A stretch of DNA of 64,000 nt from Anaerolineae bacterium (GTDB lineage Bacteria > Chloroflexota > Anaerolineae > DUEN01). Every line of letters begins with the position of its first letter. The first letter of the stretch is position 1. The notes beneath the pieces are model-generated. The model saw only the letters and a list, made by a program, of their open reading frames with translations. It made no database searches and was not told the DNA's origin. Location: the NCBI GenBank assembly GCA_025060615.1, contig JANXBS010000002.1:130860-194859 (forward strand), written 5' to 3'. This document shows, piece by piece, positions 62,823 to 64,000 of this stretch. Made by a program: the position numbers and the translations under genes.

Positions 62823-63707
62823 ATGTTCAAAAACCTGAGCACCGGCGCCATCGGCATTCGCACCGACCTGATCGGCGCGCTGAGGCTGGCTAAAGCGTAT
62901 GGCTTTGCTGGCATTGAGTTCAACATCCTCGAGGCGGCTGAGCTCGCAGCCCGACATGGGATAGACCATGTACGACACATGTTTGCAGAAGCTGGAGTTG
63001 TCCCTGGCAACTTCGGGTTTCCGGTGGACTTTCGCAAGGACGAAGATACCTGGCGTGCTGACCTAGAAGCGCTTCCCCGCTTGGCAAGGCTTGCCCGAGA
63101 GCTAGGGGCCACGCGCACGGCTACGTGGATCTTGCCCTTCTCTGATGAGCTGCCGTTCGCCGAAAATTTCCGTTGGCATGTCGAACGACTGCGTCCGGCT
63201 GCGCAGATCCTGGCCGATCACGGCATTCGGTTGGGGCTAGAGTTCGTTGGGCCGGCGACGGCGCGCGTGGGCCATCGTTACGGTTTCTTGCATAGCCTCG
63301 ACGGGATGCTTGCGCTGTGCGCGGCCATCGGCACCGATAACCTTGGGTTACTCCTGGATTCCTACCACTGGCACACCTCTCACGGCAATCTGGACGACTT
63401 GACGAAACTGTCCAATGCCGACGTCGTGGTAGTGCATGTCAACGACGCACTTCCTGGCATCCCAGTGGATGAACTACAAGACCTGACACGGGCCTTGCCC
63501 TGCGAGACCGGTGTAATTAACCTAGCGGGCTTTATACAGGCGCTGGCACGTATAGGGTATGATGGCCCAGTCATCGTGGAGCCGTTCAGCCAGCGTATAC
63601 GCGAAATGCCTCCCGATGAGGCTGTCTGTATCACGGCAGACTCCCTCCGACAATTATGGGCTGCCGCAGGCCTTGAAAGCACTGGAAGAAACCAGGCCAG
63701 ACAGTAA
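62823..63707 (+). CDS. Sugar phosphate isomerase/epimerase (xylose-isomerase-like TIM barrel)
   Basis: AP_endonuc_2-like fold. GGAAGGAG RBS. Confidence 0.8.
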   Translation: MFKNLSTGAIGIRTDLIGALRLAKAYGFAGIEFNILEAAELAARHGIDHVRHMFAEAGVVPGNFGFPVDFRKDEDTWRADLEALPRLARLARELGATRTATWILPFSDELPFAENFRWHVERLRPAAQILADHGIRLGLEFVGPATARVGHRYGFLHSLDGMLALCAAIGTDNLGLLLDSYHWHTSHGNLDDLTKLSNADVVVVHVNDALPGIPVDELQDLTRALPCETGVINLAGFIQALARIGYDGPVIVEPFSQRIREMPPDEAVCITADSLRQLWAAAGLESTGRNQARQ

Positions 63708-63833
63708 CCCTCAAGACACAAAATTGTCGAAGCGCTGTGTATGATGGATTTTGTGGAGATGTCTTCATGGAACCTCTCAGATGGAGCGTTTCTGACGACA
63801 CGCCTTGAACGCCTGAGGTAAGAGGATGGCCCA

Positions 63834-64000
63834 GCCAACGTATGACTTCAACCCTGTTAGCCACATCACCATTGAGACCATTGGGCCCCCAGGGCAGCGC
63901 ACGTTCTTTTTACAGGCCAGCCAGGGGCTCATGGTGCTGACGATGATCATTGAGAAGGAACAGGCAGCGGCATTAGCCCATGCCATTGATCAGTTGTTAG
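63834..64000 (+). CDS. Hypothetical protein, 5' part only (DUF3090-like N-terminus)
   Basis: MAQPTYDFNPVSHITIETIGPPGQRTFFLQA; runs off the window end. Confidence 0.35.

Overview
High-GC (~60-65%) bacterial chromosomal segment that is densely coding, with about 55 protein genes and no rRNA, tRNA, CRISPR array, transposase or integrase that I could recognise. The gene repertoire suggests a Chloroflexi-like organism; this is an inference from content such as a bifunctional transaldolase/PGI, DUF503, many PAS/GAF hybrid kinases and ZAS/ECF pairs.

Content in order along the window:
- ECF sigma factor with a zinc-finger (ZAS) anti-sigma factor.
- A CUT1-type sugar ABC transporter followed by an FGGY kinase.
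- A tight glycan-synthesis operon headed by icd: icd, SAM-methyltransferase, GT4, Wzx-like flippase, GT2.
- A ribose-type ABC transporter in an apparent operon with an OmpR-family two-component system and a NUDIX hydrolase.
- comEC, a conserved hypothetical, and holA.
- A compact FtsK-like motor translationally coupled to a two-helix membrane protein.
- nitroreductase, DUF503, lipoate ligase, coaBC, PEBP, an FmdE-like protein, tal-pgi, an S9 peptidase and aspS.
- An orphan radical-SAM DNA modification/repair-type protein behind a textbook sigma70 promoter.
- A LysM L,D-transpeptidase.
- A FIST protein plus a 1261-aa GAF-GAF-PAS-PAS-HK-REC-REC-Hpt hybrid kinase.
- A frameshifted, N-terminally truncated remnant of a DUF1998 (MrfA/DrmB/DruE-type zinc-ribbon) gene with very high GC.
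- A lower-GC block on the plus strand: phoA, a 5-gene operon (DUF3299, MacB-like ABC ATPase and FtsX permease, a small ORF, a ParB/Srx-like DUF4032 protein), then pstSCAB-mgsA-arsC-HD.

Phased GTTAACA-type direct repeats (putative Pho boxes) lie upstream of phoA and pstS. No phoU is present in the window.

The most likely candidates for something undescribed are the DUF1998 remnant, the 5-gene operon wedged into the Pho regulon, the coupled FtsK-like/membrane pair, and the orphan radical-SAM repair gene. All functional calls rest on motif-level recognition by eye and no database search was possible. Many antisense ORFs in the six-frame track are high-GC artefacts.
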